Counted from the first letter of the stretch, positions 1-9,139 are shown. The stretch: DNA of 22,444 bases from Candidatus Zixiibacteriota bacterium (GCA_036170655.1 JAVHPP010000006.1:1-22444), one strand, 5' to 3'. Numbers and translations: made by a program. Notes: generated by a model not told the origin, from the sequence alone.

Positions 1-216
1 CGTTATCACACGACTAGAATTGGTACTCAGTGTTGGATGGCAGAAAATTTAAATTATGCAACAAGTAATGGAAGTTGGTGTTATGATAATAAAAATAGCA
101 ATTGTAATATTTATGGACGGTTATATAATTGGGAAGCTGCAAAACAAGGATGCCCAAGTGAGTGGCACTTGCCAAATGACGAAGAATGGACACAATTGAC
201 AGATTATCTAGGAGGA
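1..216 (+). CDS. Fragment of a Fibrobacter succinogenes major paralogous domain (FISUMP/Fib_succ_major) protein; open at the left edge and broken at ~216-225
   Basis: Frame 1 reads RYHTTRIGTQCWMAENLNYATSNGSWCYDNKNSNCNIYGRLYNWEAAKQGCPSEWHLPNDEEWTQLTDYLGG. This contains the typical IG.Q.WMAENLNY, YGRLYNW and CP.GWHLP..EW motifs. Hand count gives 65/180 G+C (36%) over bases 1-180, unlike the rest of the window. Confidence 0.85.
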
Positions 217-890
217 AAAAGGGGAAACCTCCTCTCTACGACACCGACGAACCACGCCGGATGGCCGAAGGGGTGGCCGCGCTGGGCCTGCAGCAGGTTG
301 TCATCACATCGGTGAATCGTGATGATCTTCCCGATGGGGGCGCGTGGGTATTTGCCGAGACGATTCGTCAACTGCGCCGGCGCGATCAACAGGTGAGAAT
401 CGAAGTGCTGATTCCTGACTTTGATGGCAACTTTGCGGCGTTAGAAACTGTGATTGAAGCACGTCCTGATGTTCTGAATCACAACACGGAAACCATTCCG
501 CGTCTCTATCCCAAGGTCCGTCCGCGGGCGCAGTTCGAGCGTTCGCTTGAGATCCTGAGACGGTCGTTCCATCGTGCCCAGCCGCCAATCGTCAAATCGG
601 GTCTGATGGTGGGTGTGGGGGAGACCCACGACGAACTGATCGAATGTATGGGGTGCATCGCCCAGGCCGGCTGCCAGATTCTCACGATCGGGCAGTACCT
701 GGCGCCGTCGAGTTTCCACCTGCCGGTGGAACGGTACTACCATCCCGATGAATTTCGGGAGCTGGCGCAGATTGGAGAGCAGATGGGGTTTGTACATGTG
801 GAGTCCGGGCCGCTGGTCCGATCATCATATCATGCATTCGATCAGGTGGCGCGAATGGAAGCGAAGCACGCTGCCGGATGGGCCAACTGA
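216..890 (+). CDS. lipA: Lipoyl synthase, C-terminal part only (N-terminal Cys motifs absent)
   Basis: Contains VVITSVNRDDLPDGGA, IEVLIPDF, NHNTETIPRLYPKVR, KSGLMVGVGET, TIGQYLAPS and the C-terminal GPLVRSSYHA. No CX4CX5C or CX3CX2C motif is present because upstream sequence is the FISUMP fragment. The ATG at 186 in the ORF track lies in the foreign segment. Confidence 0.9.
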   Translation, partial: KKGKPPLYDTDEPRRMAEGVAALGLQQVVITSVNRDDLPDGGAWVFAETIRQLRRRDQQVRIEVLIPDFDGNFAALETVIEARPDVLNHNTETIPRLYPKVRPRAQFERSLEILRRSFHRAQPPIVKSGLMVGVGETHDELIECMGCIAQAGCQILTIGQYLAPSSFHLPVERYYHPDEFRELAQIGEQMGFVHVESGPLVRSSYHAFDQVARMEAKHAAGWAN

Positions 891-977
891 CTCTCCATGC
901 TGAACCAGGGGTTGCCGATCACAAGCGATAATCACCGCGTCCCGGCTCCCGCCGAGGGCGGCGCTGTGTGGGGGGTG

Positions 978-2057
978 ATGACGCGCCGTAAGACGCGCCG
1001 CGTCACGATCGGTGGTGTTCCCGTCGGCGATGGCGCCCCCATTGTCGTGCAGTCGATGTGCGACACCGATACCCGCAATGTGTCCGCCACGGTGGCGGAA
1101 ATTCATGCGATGGAAGCGGCCGGATGCGAGATTGTGCGGGTCGCGGTTCCGGATACCGAAGCCGCTGATGCCATTGCCCGAATCCGTCCCCAAATCAACA
1201 TTCCCCTCGTCGCCGATATTCACTTCGACTGGCGGCTGGCCCTCTTGGCGGCCGAAAAGGGCGCTGACAAATTGCGCATCAACCCGGGTAACATCGGCGG
1301 CAAGACGAAGATCACCGAAGTTGTCGCCTGCGCAAGAGATCACGGCCTGCCGATTCGGGTCGGCGTTAATCAGGGGTCGATCGAGAAAGATCTGCTGGAC
1401 AAGTACGGTGGCAATAACCCCGATTCGCTCGTCGAGTCTGCGCTGCGCAACGTCGAGATTCTGGCGGCACATGATTTCCATGACATCGTTCTCTCGTTAA
1501 AGTCCTCGAATCCAGGAGAGGTCATTGCCGCCTATCGCTCCGTATCTGCGAAGTGCGACTATCCGCTTCATCTGGGAGTGACCGAAGCCGGTCCCGTAAA
1601 GACCGGTTCGCTCAAATCCGCGGTGGCCCTGGGAACCCTTCTCGCCGAGGGCATTGGCGATACGATCCGTGTCTCGCTGACCGGACCCAAGTCCGATGAG
1701 ATAGAGGCCTGTTATGGTATTCTGCAGGCCTTGGGATTGCGCCGGCGCGGGCCGGAACTTGTGTCCTGTCCCTCCTGCGGCCGGATGGAGATCGATCTGC
1801 TCTCCTTAGTCGAAGAAGTGCAGCAGACACTGAAAGGCATCAAGTCGCCGTTGAAGGTCGCAGTCATGGGATGTGTGGTCAACGGCCCGGGTGAAGCGCG
1901 TGACGCCGACTGGGGCATTTTTGGGGGCAAGGGTGTCTATCTTCTAACTCGCAAGGGAGAAATCGTCGAACGGTTTACCGACCGGGACGCGGCCAAGTCA
2001 GCCCTCACACGGGTGTTGTGTGACACCGACGCCCGGTTAAGCGCGGGAGAACCGTGA
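978..2057 (+). CDS. ispG: (E)-4-hydroxy-3-methylbut-2-enyl-diphosphate synthase (MEP pathway)
   Basis: Motifs VGDGAPIVVQSM, PLVADIHFD, RINPGNIG, IRVGVNQGS, YPLHLGVTEAG, GIGDTIRVSLT, CPSCGR and MGCVVNGPGEA. Start placed at ATG 978 (MTRRKTRRV) after GGGGGTG; the open frame extends to 897. Confidence 0.97.
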   Translation: MTRRKTRRVTIGGVPVGDGAPIVVQSMCDTDTRNVSATVAEIHAMEAAGCEIVRVAVPDTEAADAIARIRPQINIPLVADIHFDWRLALLAAEKGADKLRINPGNIGGKTKITEVVACARDHGLPIRVGVNQGSIEKDLLDKYGGNNPDSLVESALRNVEILAAHDFHDIVLSLKSSNPGEVIAAYRSVSAKCDYPLHLGVTEAGPVKTGSLKSAVALGTLLAEGIGDTIRVSLTGPKSDEIEACYGILQALGLRRRGPELVSCPSCGRMEIDLLSLVEEVQQTLKGIKSPLKVAVMGCVVNGPGEARDADWGIFGGKGVYLLTRKGEIVERFTDRDAAKSALTRVLCDTDARLSAGEP

Positions 2058-2180
2058 CCGCCCCGCATTCGAGTCGAAATTCATCCCCTTTTATGCCGAT
2101 AAAGTTGTATGAGAGAAGTCTAACGAGGGTGGGCCGGCCGTCCGCAAGTCTGGCGCTGTCGCAAAGATCGGAGTGTACTG

Positions 2181-4463
2181 ATGGAGATTCTGGGTAAATC
2201 GGCTATCTGGCTGGCCACAGTGGGCGCCGTCGCCGCGCTTGGGCTCTATCTGAGTGGCGAGCGCTGGCAGCGTCAGGCACGATGGTCGTTCCGTGCGGTG
2301 ACCTTCTCGCTCGTGGGGGCGCTGGCACTCCTCTTGACCCTGATCCTCACCCATCGATTTGAGTTCCTGTATGTCCGGAACTACTCCTCCAGCGATCTGC
2401 CGTTGTACTTCCTGATCTCCTGTCTCTGGGGCGGCCAGGAAGGAACGCTGCTATTGTGGATCTTTTATGTCAGTATCCTCGGCCTGATTCTGATGCGCAT
2501 GGCCGGACGGTTTGAGCGCTACGCGATGTCGGTCATCAGTTTATTTATTATCTCAGTGCTCATGATTTTGCTGAAGCGCAGCCCCTTCGAAGCGACCACG
2601 ATGAACCCGGGTGAAGGCGCCGGGCTGAATCCTCTGTTGCAGGATTTCTGGATGACGATTCACCCGCCGATCATGTTCTTCGGCTTCGCCTTATCGGTGT
2701 TCCCCTTCGCTCTGGCTGTTGCCGGCTGGCTGCGCGGTGAGTACCGTGAATGGGCGGCTTACGGATGGGTATGGCTTCTCGGCGCATGGTGCACGATGGG
2801 CACCGCGCTGGTGATGGGCGGGTACTGGGCGTACAAAGTGCTCGGCTGGGGAGGATACTGGGCGTGGGATCCCGTTGAGAATTCCTCTCTCATCCCCTGG
2901 ATCTTCGCGACCGCCGGTGTGCATTCGCTGGTGATGTTTAAGAAGAAGAATGCGCTGACGCGTTCGGCGTACCTGTTTTCCATTTTGCCATTTATCGCCG
3001 TGCTCTTCGGATCATTCCTTACCCGCTCCGGCGTCCTCGGAGACTTCTCGGTCCATTCGTTCCTTGATCTGGGGATAAACTCGTATCTGATCGCTTCACT
3101 CGCGGTGTTTAGTGGACTCGGGTTCGGCCTTCTTGTCTGGCGGTTCAGACGCGTGCGCGCCACCGTGGCCTACGGCTCATTGTCGACCGTGGACTTCTTT
3201 GTCACCATGGGCGTCCTCTCTCTGTTTGTAGCCGGCGCTCTGGTTCTGATCGGCATGTCGACGCCGTTGTGGACAAGACTGGGCGGTCCCCCATCCAACG
3301 TCACACTCCGCTACTATTTTCTGGCCACCACCCCGATTGCGCTGATCGTTCTGTTTTCGCTTTCCGTCTTTCCGTTTCTGCGCTGGATCAAGCCATCGAA
3401 GCCGTTCATCGCGCCGCAGGCCGCGATTCCGTTTGCCATCTCGATGGTCGTGGCCGGAGTCGCCGTCATCGCGGGCGTTCACGAACCGCTCTACATCGTG
3501 CTTCTGGCTCTGGGCGGATTTGCTGCATCATCCAACGCCTGGCTGGTCTATGATCGCTTCCGCAAGCACCACCGTTTGACCGGCGCGTACATCGCCCACA
3601 CTGGGCTGGCCATACTGATTGTTGGCGCCGCTGTCTCATCGGCGTATGAGCACCGGACACAGGTGGCGCTGCCGTTGGGCCAGCCCGTCGAAAAGTTTGG
3701 CTGGACCTTCACGTATCAAGGGAAGGACCTTAACGCGGAACATGGGAGGACGCCGTTCCATATCTTGGTCCAGAAGCCCGGCGCCGTGACGGCCTTTCTC
3801 GCATCACCCCGTCAGTACAATCTCCCCGGCAAGGGCGTCATGCGCAAGCCAGCGGTCATCAAGTTCTGGAACAAAGACCTGTATATATCACCGATGGAGG
3901 AAGTTGGCGGGCCGGGCAAGGCCGGGGAGATCACGACGCTGACCCAGGGTCAGACCCAGACACTGGCCGGTATCGACCTCACCTTTCTCGGGTTCAAGAT
4001 GAACGGACACGGCGAGGGCAATGTCGGACGCGTCGAATGCCCGATCCAGATCACGACCGACATGCTGATTGACACTGTCCGTCCCGCCTTGGTGAGTTCA
4101 CCGGATGGGCTGGAGCCGGTGACCGCCGACTTCGGCGGCGGACGATACACGCTGGCGGTCGAGAAGGTCGATGCCGGAACGGGTTCGATTGAACTTCGTC
4201 TGACGGACAAACAGGACCCGAAGGCCGAGATGCCGGTGTTCTGGGCCGAAGTCTCTGAGAAGCCGCTGATCAATCTCTTCTGGTTTGGGACGACCTTGGT
4301 GGTTTTCGGCGGTCTGCTGGCTCTGCGCAAGCGGTCCGGACAGTTGGGCGAGATGGATGGCGGATCGGCTGCTGGGGCTGGGGCAATCGACGGGGAAGGC
4401 GCTATCTTGCAGGGCACCGCGGCATCGGCCGCGAAGGCGGGGAAAGAAACGGTGGCCAGGTAG
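2181..4463 (+). CDS. ccmF: Cytochrome c-type biogenesis protein CcmF (heme lyase, CcsA/CcmF family)
   Basis: Polytopic membrane protein with WGGQEGTLLLW, GLNPLLQ..WM.IHPP, the WWD motif WAYKVLGWGGYWAWDPVENSSLIPW, FLTRSG..SVHSF, AHTG and the C-terminal KPLINLFW. GGAG RBS upstream. Confidence 0.93.
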   Translation: MEILGKSAIWLATVGAVAALGLYLSGERWQRQARWSFRAVTFSLVGALALLLTLILTHRFEFLYVRNYSSSDLPLYFLISCLWGGQEGTLLLWIFYVSILGLILMRMAGRFERYAMSVISLFIISVLMILLKRSPFEATTMNPGEGAGLNPLLQDFWMTIHPPIMFFGFALSVFPFALAVAGWLRGEYREWAAYGWVWLLGAWCTMGTALVMGGYWAYKVLGWGGYWAWDPVENSSLIPWIFATAGVHSLVMFKKKNALTRSAYLFSILPFIAVLFGSFLTRSGVLGDFSVHSFLDLGINSYLIASLAVFSGLGFGLLVWRFRRVRATVAYGSLSTVDFFVTMGVLSLFVAGALVLIGMSTPLWTRLGGPPSNVTLRYYFLATTPIALIVLFSLSVFPFLRWIKPSKPFIAPQAAIPFAISMVVAGVAVIAGVHEPLYIVLLALGGFAASSNAWLVYDRFRKHHRLTGAYIAHTGLAILIVGAAVSSAYEHRTQVALPLGQPVEKFGWTFTYQGKDLNAEHGRTPFHILVQKPGAVTAFLASPRQYNLPGKGVMRKPAVIKFWNKDLYISPMEEVGGPGKAGEITTLTQGQTQTLAGIDLTFLGFKMNGHGEGNVGRVECPIQITTDMLIDTVRPALVSSPDGLEPVTADFGGGRYTLAVEKVDAGTGSIELRLTDKQDPKAEMPVFWAEVSEKPLINLFWFGTTLVVFGGLLALRKRSGQLGEMDGGSAAGAGAIDGEGAILQGTAASAAKAGKETVAR

Positions 4464-4526
4464 TGACCACCATTTCACGGACGTAGTCAGTTCCGGCCGC
4501 CGTGATGTGTATTGTCTCAGGGATTG

Positions 4527-5555
4527 CTAACTCCAAACTCCCGCAATCACCGCTCCGCATTGGGGACAGCGGCCGCTGTTGAGACGGTTTGTCAGGATAT
4601 TGTACCCGACCCGGTGAATCAATCGTGTCTTGCAGCCGGGGCAGTATGTTGATTCGCCGTCGTCCCCGGGGACATTGCCGCTGTAGACAAACTGCAGACC
4701 CGCGTCGAGGCCGATCTTCCGCGCGCGGCGCAAGATCTCCACTGATGTCCGGGGGATGCCGGTCATCTTGTAGTCAGGGTGGAACGCCGTGACATGCCAT
4801 GGTGTCTCCGGGCCCAGCGCGGCAACAAACTCAGCCATCTTGGTCAGTTCTGCATCCGAATCATTCTGCGTGGGAATGACAAGGGTTGTGATCTCCAGCC
4901 AGAAGCCGAGCTGCTTGATCAGCTTGATTGCCTCGAGCACCGGCTCGAGACGTGCCCCCATAACTTTCCGATAGTAGTCCGGGCTGAATGACTTCAGGTC
5001 CACGTTGTAGGCATGAACGTATGGGCGGATCTTGCGCACCGGTTCTTCACAGATGAACCCATTGGAGACAAACACGCCCCGGATGCCTTCCCCGGCCGCG
5101 AGCCGGGCGCAATCGTACGCGTACTCGTAGAAGATTGTCGGTTCCGAGTAGGTGAAGGCGATGGTCGCGGCCCCGGTCTGCTTCGCCATCGCGACCACTT
5201 CGCCTGGCGTGACCGCGCGCCCGAACTGTTCGCGATTCTTCCCCTTGCTGGCCTGCGAAATGTCGTAGTTCTGGCAAAACGCGCACTTGAAATTGCATCC
5301 CACGGTCGCGATCGACAGGGACTTGCTTCCCGGTAGAAAATGAAACAGCGGCTTTTTCTCGATCGGATCAACATTGATGGCCGCGGCGAGGCCATAGATC
5401 AGTGTCTCCAACCGTCCCTCGTTATTCTTCCGCACTCCGCAGACGCCGTAAAGTCCCTTCCCCACGTGGCAAAGATGCGGGCAGAGTGTGCAGATCACCG
5501 CGTCATTGGCGCGCGGTTCCCAGAACATCGCTTGAGTGGCTTCTGCTTCGGTCAT
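4527..5555 (-). CDS. amrS: AmmeMemoRadiSam system radical SAM enzyme (PFL-activase-like)
   Basis: N-terminal CTLCPHLC..G.CGVR, DPIEKKPLFHFLPGS, radical SAM motif CNFKCAFCQN, TYSEPTIFYEY, AFHPDYKM, VYSGNVPG and C-terminal CPGC...CPQCG. Confidence 0.92.
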   Translation of the reverse strand: MTEAEATQAMFWEPRANDAVICTLCPHLCHVGKGLYGVCGVRKNNEGRLETLIYGLAAAINVDPIEKKPLFHFLPGSKSLSIATVGCNFKCAFCQNYDISQASKGKNREQFGRAVTPGEVVAMAKQTGAATIAFTYSEPTIFYEYAYDCARLAAGEGIRGVFVSNGFICEEPVRKIRPYVHAYNVDLKSFSPDYYRKVMGARLEPVLEAIKLIKQLGFWLEITTLVIPTQNDSDAELTKMAEFVAALGPETPWHVTAFHPDYKMTGIPRTSVEILRRARKIGLDAGLQFVYSGNVPGDDGESTYCPGCKTRLIHRVGYNILTNRLNSGRCPQCGAVIAGVWS

Positions 5556-5649
5556 CGATGCGCAATTCCTACTGAGTACAATTAAGCGCCCGACAATCCT
5601 GCCAGTTTGTCACAAGGAATCTTCCCTGGTATGCAAGCGAGCTACAGAC

Positions 5650-6390
5650 TCAATGGTTCATCTGATCGATGGTTTTTCGGCCCAGCGCCGGATCGTTGGT
5701 GATGATCGCATCGATACCCAGGGATGCCAGCACGGTCATGCGCAGGGGATCGTCCACGGTCCAGATCGCCAGACCGATCCCAGCGTCTCTGGCTGCGACA
5801 ACCAGACTCGGTGTCACCCAGCGTTCATGGAGATGGAGCGCATCCACGCTTTCTCTTCGCGCCGACTTGAACAGCCAGCCGGACAGGAAGCGGCGTAGCA
5901 GGTTCCAGCGCGGATCATCAACGATCAGAGCGGTACGCCACTCTGGTCGGAATCGCTTGATTGCGCGAATCGCAGATCGGCTGAATGACGAGTAAGTCGC
6001 CGGTGATGTCATCCCCGCCGTGTCGATCGTTTCCACGAGTTCCTTGATGCCATCCGTGTCCTTGAGGTCAAACATCAGGGGTGTCGAGCCCCGTTTTGCC
6101 CATGTCAGAAACTCGGCCACTGACGGAATTCTCTCGCCGTTGGTGCCGAGAGGAATCTGCACGATTTCCTTCAGTGTGAGCTGGGAGAGACGGGCTGGCG
6201 CGCCGCCGATCAGCACATCGGCGTTGTGATGCACGACCCATTTCCGGTCGGCGCTGAGCCGCAGATCGAATTCGATCCCATCGGCGCCATCAGCTACAGC
6301 CTGCTCAAAGGCCGCCATCGTGTTCTCACGAAAAACACGCGAGGCACCGCGGTGCGCGATGATTTTCGGTTTCAGGCCTTCTTCAGTCAA
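5650..6390 (-). CDS. Glycerophosphodiester phosphodiesterase family protein
   Basis: IIAHRGAS, ENTMAAF, DGIEFDL, WTVDD and IITNDP. Start is uncertain: TTG 6390 overlapping the upstream stop, or CTG 6375. The 6552 start in the ORF track overlaps the nitroreductase and is unlikely. Confidence 0.88.
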   Translation of the reverse strand: MTEEGLKPKIIAHRGASRVFRENTMAAFEQAVADGADGIEFDLRLSADRKWVVHHNADVLIGGAPARLSQLTLKEIVQIPLGTNGERIPSVAEFLTWAKRGSTPLMFDLKDTDGIKELVETIDTAGMTSPATYSSFSRSAIRAIKRFRPEWRTALIVDDPRWNLLRRFLSGWLFKSARRESVDALHLHERWVTPSLVVAARDAGIGLAIWTVDDPLRMTVLASLGIDAIITNDPALGRKTIDQMNH

Positions 6391-7213
6391 AGCCAAACCC
6401 CTGTTTGTCGAGGAATGGCCGCAGATCGCGTCGCTGTGCTGCCGGGTCGATCCACCGGCGCGCCGAATGCTCGATCCAGCCGTAGGCCTCTGCCGCTGTC
6501 CGATCCGACCATCCCGGCACGCGGCCGGACAGATCAATCCTACGTCCGTCATAGATTCCCGTTTCCCGCATCATCAGGTCATACGCAACGTGTGCCGTTT
6601 TCATGCACGCCGGATTATATCGTTCTCGGTGCACGACTCCGTCCAGCGGCAGCCGCGGGCGCAGCGGCAAGGTTCTCCCCGGTTGCGGGCACCCCAGCGT
6701 CATTCCGAACACGACAAAGACGCGTGGCGGGATCTCCAGCAGTTCGGCGATCTCCGGGGGATGATTGCGCGCGGCGCCGATCATGCAACCGCCCAAACCA
6801 ATCGCCTCCGCGGCCGCCAGCGCCGTCTGCGCAAAAATCGTCGCATCGACAACCGCCAGGAGAAGATACTCGATCTGCCGGCCTTCAAAAGCATAACTGG
6901 CCGCCTCGCACGTGATCTGCGCGCGGTGGAGATCGGCGCAAAACGCGAGAAACACCGGGCATACCGTGATCTGTTTTTGATTCCCGCATAGCTCCGCCAG
7001 CCGCTGCTTTTTTGCGGGATCACGGACGACAATGACGGAATACGACTGCAGGTTTGACGATGTCGATGCCCGCTGCGCCGTGGAGAGGATCGCCTCCAGT
7101 TGCCCGTCACTCACGGGGTCGGCCGTAAAGTGACGGATCGAGCGGTGGGAACGCAACGCGTTCAATTGGGGAAAACGCTCAGGCGGTCCAGACAACTGTG
7201 AATCGTTCGTCAT
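6383..7213 (-). CDS. NADPH-dependent nitroreductase / flavin reductase (NfsA/Frp-like)
   Basis: HRSIRHF, ASTSSNLQSYSVIVV, FCADLHR, AAEAIGLGGCMIGAARN and RPRLPLDGVVHRERY. Confidence 0.9.
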   Translation of the reverse strand: MTNDSQLSGPPERFPQLNALRSHRSIRHFTADPVSDGQLEAILSTAQRASTSSNLQSYSVIVVRDPAKKQRLAELCGNQKQITVCPVFLAFCADLHRAQITCEAASYAFEGRQIEYLLLAVVDATIFAQTALAAAEAIGLGGCMIGAARNHPPEIAELLEIPPRVFVVFGMTLGCPQPGRTLPLRPRLPLDGVVHRERYNPACMKTAHVAYDLMMRETGIYDGRRIDLSGRVPGWSDRTAAEAYGWIEHSARRWIDPAAQRRDLRPFLDKQGFGFD

Positions 7214-7238
7214 GGGAGTGCTACCTGTGGCTTAAGGG

Positions 7239-7760
7239 TCAGACCGGCAGCAATCGTTTCAACTGCGCAATCTGCCCCTTGTGGTGTGCTTCATGGTCAA
7301 TCAGATGAAAGAGAATCCAGCGGATGGAATACTCCGTCCGGTTGGCATCGCCAGCGGCGTCCAGGGGCGTGATGGTCCGCTCCAGGTCGTTGTCCTGCAG
7401 CGTCTGCAGCATTGGCCGGACTTGAGAACGCACCGCGTCGAGTTTCTCAACATAGAACGCCAACGATTCTCCGGTCAGTTGCGGTGTGCCATAGCGGATC
7501 GGGAAGGCAATTCGCCACTCCTCATCCATAGGCTGCCGCAGAATATCCTCTTGAATCCACGATAGCTCGACCGCAGCGATGTGCAGCAGGAGCGTGCCCA
7601 TCGATTCCACCTTCGGGGTCGGATGCCAGGAGAGCTGTTCGGCCGAGAGATCCTGCACATACCGTTTTGTCTCACGCCGCAACTCTTCCATTTGTGCGAC
7701 GAACAGACCGATCTGAGGAGTAAACTCAGGTGACGGTTTCAGAATGATCGTCCTGTTCAT
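7239..7760 (-). CDS. DinB family protein (DinB/YfiT-like metalloenzyme)
   Basis: SMGTLLLHIAAVE and C-terminal ILFHLIDHEAHHKGQI supply the His metal-binding triad; 173 aa. Confidence 0.88.
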   Translation of the reverse strand: MNRTIILKPSPEFTPQIGLFVAQMEELRRETKRYVQDLSAEQLSWHPTPKVESMGTLLLHIAAVELSWIQEDILRQPMDEEWRIAFPIRYGTPQLTGESLAFYVEKLDAVRSQVRPMLQTLQDNDLERTITPLDAAGDANRTEYSIRWILFHLIDHEAHHKGQIAQLKRLLPV

Positions 7761-8425
7761 CAGCCTCGATTCCGCCGCGTGGCTACACGATGACGATCAA
7801 GCCACCATGCCCAGGCGACCAGCAGCCATGCACTCAGGCCGACGATGGCCACGTCGCGCACTTTCTCCGGGGGGGGTGCGATCAGATTGAGAACATAGAT
7901 CAGAATCAGAAACACAACGAACGACCAGAAACCGATCACGCCGATCCGATCGGCAGGACGTGTCTGCCTGGCATAGATCCCGATGGCAAGAAGGAAGAGT
8001 GCGCCCTCCACGACCACGGTTGCCACGGGATGGTTCCACAAGCCGAGGCCGATTTTTGCTGATTCACCCGGCATCAACGGCAGGTCCGGCCGGTGCGACA
8101 AGGCATCAAGTACCCAATGGCTGACGACAGCGATCCATACGCCCATGGTGCCTTGCCAGTAGCGCATCAACGTGTGGTAGATCAAGGCGAACAGCGTCGC
8201 CCAGATCAATGTCATCAGCAGACTGTGCGAGAAGGGATAGGAGACGAAATCGAGCGGGGTGAACGCTGTGTTGCCAGGTTCGATACGGGCAGTTTCCCAT
8301 CCGAGAAGGAGAAAGAGCGGCCACAGCAAGTCCAGAAACATGGCCGCTGTCATCAGCGTTCCCAAGGACGTTCGCGGCGCGAATCTTTTGGCGGCGAGCG
8401 CCACGGCTGGATGAGCGATCAACAT
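7760..8425 (-). CDS. Membrane-bound metal-dependent hydrolase (YdjM-like)
   Basis: MLIAH, LDLLWP, PFSHSLL, SHWVLDALSHRPDLPL and GLGLWN with several TM helices. Start placed at ATG 8425; its stop overlaps the DinB start (TGATG). Confidence 0.78.
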   Translation of the reverse strand: MLIAHPAVALAAKRFAPRTSLGTLMTAAMFLDLLWPLFLLLGWETARIEPGNTAFTPLDFVSYPFSHSLLMTLIWATLFALIYHTLMRYWQGTMGVWIAVVSHWVLDALSHRPDLPLMPGESAKIGLGLWNHPVATVVVEGALFLLAIGIYARQTRPADRIGVIGFWSFVVFLILIYVLNLIAPPPEKVRDVAIVGLSAWLLVAWAWWLDRHRVATRRNRG

Positions 8426-8443
8426 ACCCGTTCTCACGCCTCG

Positions 8444-9139
8444 TCAGGAAATTGCTTTCGCGATCATAAATGCCGCCGCTGCGGCCACTCCTCCAATCAG
8501 GACTGTTTGGAGTGCGCTGCGCACGGGAGTTGTGCCGGTGAAGCGCCCCTTGACATATCCGAATACGGTCAGGGATGCCAGCGTCACGATGATAGAGATC
8601 ACCAGCGCCGTCTGCGCGCGATCAATGACGATGTAGGGGCCCAGCGGGATTAGTCCGCCGATAATGTAGGCACCAGCAATCGTCGCTGCGCTCTTCAGTG
8701 CACGGCGTGGGTCAGGCTCTTCCAACCCCAGTTCGAAACGCATCATGAAGTCGACCCAGGACTTGGGTCTCTGGCGTAACGCCGCCACGACCGGTGCACT
8801 CTCTTCGGCCGTGACTCCGTATGCCTCGAGAACCTCCGCAACTTCGGCCTCCTCGATCTCGGGTTTCTCAATGACTTCCAATTCCTCCCGGCGCCGCTCG
8901 CTGGCAAAGTGCTCCGCGTCGCTCTTGGCGGCCAGATAACCGCCGAGTCCCATGGCAATCGAACCGGCCGCGATCTCCGCCAGGCCGGCGGTCACAATAA
9001 TGCCCGAGGCGGCGACAACCCCCGTCAGGCCCGCGGCCAGGGCAAACGGGACGGTCAGTCCATCGGACATACCGATGACGATGTCGCGCACGATCTCACG
9101 AGCGGTAAAATGCTGCTCCACATGGGGACTCTCTGTCAT
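8444..9139 (-). CDS. VIT1/CCC1 family iron/manganese transporter
   Basis: DIVIGMSDGLTVPFALAAGL, AGSIAMGLGGYLAAKS, WVDFMMRFELGLE and GGLIPLGPY. Start at ATG 9139 after GGAG; the longer 9451 frame overlaps pfpI. Confidence 0.93.
   Translation of the reverse strand: MTESPHVEQHFTAREIVRDIVIGMSDGLTVPFALAAGLTGVVAASGIIVTAGLAEIAAGSIAMGLGGYLAAKSDAEHFASERRREELEVIEKPEIEEAEVAEVLEAYGVTAEESAPVVAALRQRPKSWVDFMMRFELGLEEPDPRRALKSAATIAGAYIIGGLIPLGPYIVIDRAQTALVISIIVTLASLTVFGYVKGRFTGTTPVRSALQTVLIGGVAAAAAFMIAKAIS

Noticed and set aside
1..216. FISUMP fragment as a diversity-generating retroelement target
   Set aside because: No reverse transcriptase and no second copy differing at adenines (TR/VR pair) is visible in the window.
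37..315. 92-aa ORF as a complete small gene
   Set aside because: The frame is open to base 1, so ATG 37 is the internal Met of WMAENL. After ~216 it reads out-of-frame lipA sequence.
897..977. N-terminal extension of IspG
   Set aside because: Family similarity begins at MTRRKTR (978), which has its own G-rich SD, whereas ATG 897 has none.
6391..6552. Long N-terminus of the GDPD
   Set aside because: It overlaps the nitroreductase coding region in another frame and has no domain-like character.
6226..6991. Plus-strand ORFs of 229 and 223 aa
   Set aside because: Antisense shadows of the nitroreductase/GDPD genes, Arg/Pro-rich and without motifs; expected in high-GC DNA.
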